From: Sphyrna mokarran
Lineage: Eukaryota
DNA: 64,000 bases
Reading direction: 5' to 3'
Assembly: GCA_024679065.1 (NCBI GenBank)
Contig: JAGIQG010000043.1
Span: 2,666,001-2,730,000 of the forward strand
In this document: piece by piece, positions 63,989 to 64,000 of the stretch
Layout: every line of letters starts with the position of its first letter
How positions within the stretch are numbered: the stretch's first letter is position 1
Made by a program: the position numbers and the translations under genes
Notes under the pieces: model-generated
What the model was told of the DNA's origin: nothing
The model's database searches: none
What the model saw: only the letters and a program-made list of their open reading frames with translations

Positions 63989-64000
63989 TGCGGTTTTCCT
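63989..64000 (-). promoter_or_regulatory. Composite ETS/RUNX site upstream of A3 leader
   Basis: TGCGGTTTTCCT on the plus strand, conserved with A1. Confidence 0.45.

Overview
Vertebrate genomic DNA, most likely from a cartilaginous fish, judged from shark-type CR1 LINEs with (TTCTATG)n tails, V-SINE/HE1-like SINEs, Rex/Babar and Penelope relics, and four assembly gaps. Most long ORFs in the track are CR1 reverse-transcriptase fragments or microsatellite noise. Among them is a minus-strand tandem cluster of four non-rearranging, antigen-receptor-like IgSF genes with the exon plan leader / germline-joined VJ domain / ~90-bp intron / C1 domain / Cys-stalk+TM / cytoplasmic exons, with phase-1 introns throughout the ectodomain. 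Three are close paralogues (family A). A1 (10.6-16.7 kb) has a V frameshift and a mutated splice acceptor. A2 (27.0-28.9 kb) is a pseudogene split by a CR1 insertion. A3 (54.2-63.8 kb) has intact L-V-C1-TM exons. The fourth, gene B (35.4-38.2 kb), is divergent with intact L-V-C1 and a probable TM exon running into a gap. A1 has a TM arginine and a short tail, whereas A3 lacks the arginine and keeps a TLYARL tyrosine-motif exon, which suggests a paired activating/inhibitory receptor family under birth-and-death evolution. Exon models were read by hand and need transcript confirmation.
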